The notes beneath the pieces are model-generated. The model was not told the origin of the DNA and did not search any database. It saw only the letters and a list, made by a program, of their open reading frames with translations. Positions 63,221 through 64,000 of a DNA stretch of 64,000 nucleotides are shown here, in pieces (the stretch's first letter is position 1; every line of letters starts with the position of its first letter). Source of the stretch: Ginglymostoma cirratum (Eukaryota); assembly GCA_024137785.1 (NCBI GenBank), contig JAHRHZ010000035.1, positions 24,451,601-24,515,600 on the forward strand, in the 5' to 3' direction. The translations under genes were made by a program, and so were the position numbers.

Positions 63221-63556
63221 TCATAGAATCCCTACAGTGCGAAAACAGGCCATTCGGCCCAACAAGTCCACACCAACTCTCCGAACAGCATCCCAGCCAG
63301 ACTCACCCCCTACCTGGTGTGCATTTCCCATGGCTAACCCACCTAACCTACACATCCCTGGACGCTACGGGCAATTTAGCATGGCCAACCCATCTGATCT
63401 GCACATCTTTGGACTGTGGGAGGAAAACCAGAGTACCCAAAGGAAACCCATGCAGACACAGGGAGAATGTTCAAACTCTACACAGACAGTCACCGGGACC
63501 CCGGGTCCCTGGCACTGTGAGGGAGCAGTGCTAACCACTGAGCCACTGTGCTGCCC
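63221..63556 (-). mobile_element. tRNA-derived SINE (HE1/V-SINE-like)
   Basis: Reverse-oriented copy of the same family, tcatagaatccctacagtg...gtgctaaccactgagccactgtgctgccc. Confidence 0.9.
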
Positions 63557-63899
63557 TATCTTGGAAGTAGGTATAGTCAATGGAGCTGGGCCATGGCCAT
63601 AGTGGGGTTTGGAGCGGACAGTAATTATGGGATGGGAGGATTTGGCAAATGGAGGAAAGTAGTGGTGTTTGGAGCATTTTCAGAAATTCACAAGTGTCAG
63701 AATAGTAAAGTGCAATACCAGTGCAGGAACTGCCCTCTTCCCGGGAACTATTGCATGTTATTTGGGTAAAAGAATGGAAGGGATATCACTTTATATGTAA
63801 GCAATTTATGTGGCCTTTGTGTGTTTGATTTTCACAGTCAAGTGTTTGCATTAATACCAAGTGCTGCATTCCAATCTCTCACCTTAACACCTAACTTGT

Positions 63900-64000
63900 T
63901 TTGTGGTGCAGTGACAGTATCTCTACCTTTGAGGCAGGAAGCCATTGTTCAAGTCCCACGTGCTCCAGACATGTGTAAAACATCTCTGAACAGATTGATT
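63900..64000 (+). mobile_element. tRNA-derived SINE head (cut by the window end)
   Basis: gtggtgcagtg (A-box-like)...gttcaagtccc (B-box-like). Confidence 0.5.

Overview
Eukaryotic, AT-rich, CpG-depleted vertebrate genomic DNA. The repeat set (HE1/V-SINE-like and Deu-SINE-like SINEs, CR1, L2, RTE and Penelope-like elements) points to a cartilaginous fish, probably a shark (inference). The only host coding sequence I can support is one 233-bp exon on the + strand (58465-58697). It encodes the second LIM domain of a LIM-homeodomain factor with LMX1B-type residues (exon 3 equivalent). The rest is therefore most likely one very large upstream intron (at least 58.4 kb) and the start of the next intron. 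These introns hold a decayed pogo-family DNA transposon, many LINE/SINE fragments, a probable solo LTR, and a young 5'-truncated Penelope-like element with an intact GIY-YIG reading frame. About ten short Penelope-derived pieces are also present. Several carry minimal hammerhead-ribozyme cores, some in the lmx1b sense orientation, and two are fold-back insertions with 15-16 bp target-site duplications. Other points of interest are a 186-bp local templated duplication inserted into a CR1, an inverted SINE pair, and several CpG-retaining non-repetitive blocks that may be conserved enhancers. There are no prokaryote-type systems, CRISPR arrays, rRNA or true tRNA genes. I cannot demonstrate a wholly new system; the best lead is the intronic ribozyme set. 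Repeat boundaries were read by eye and are approximate unless a TSD is quoted.
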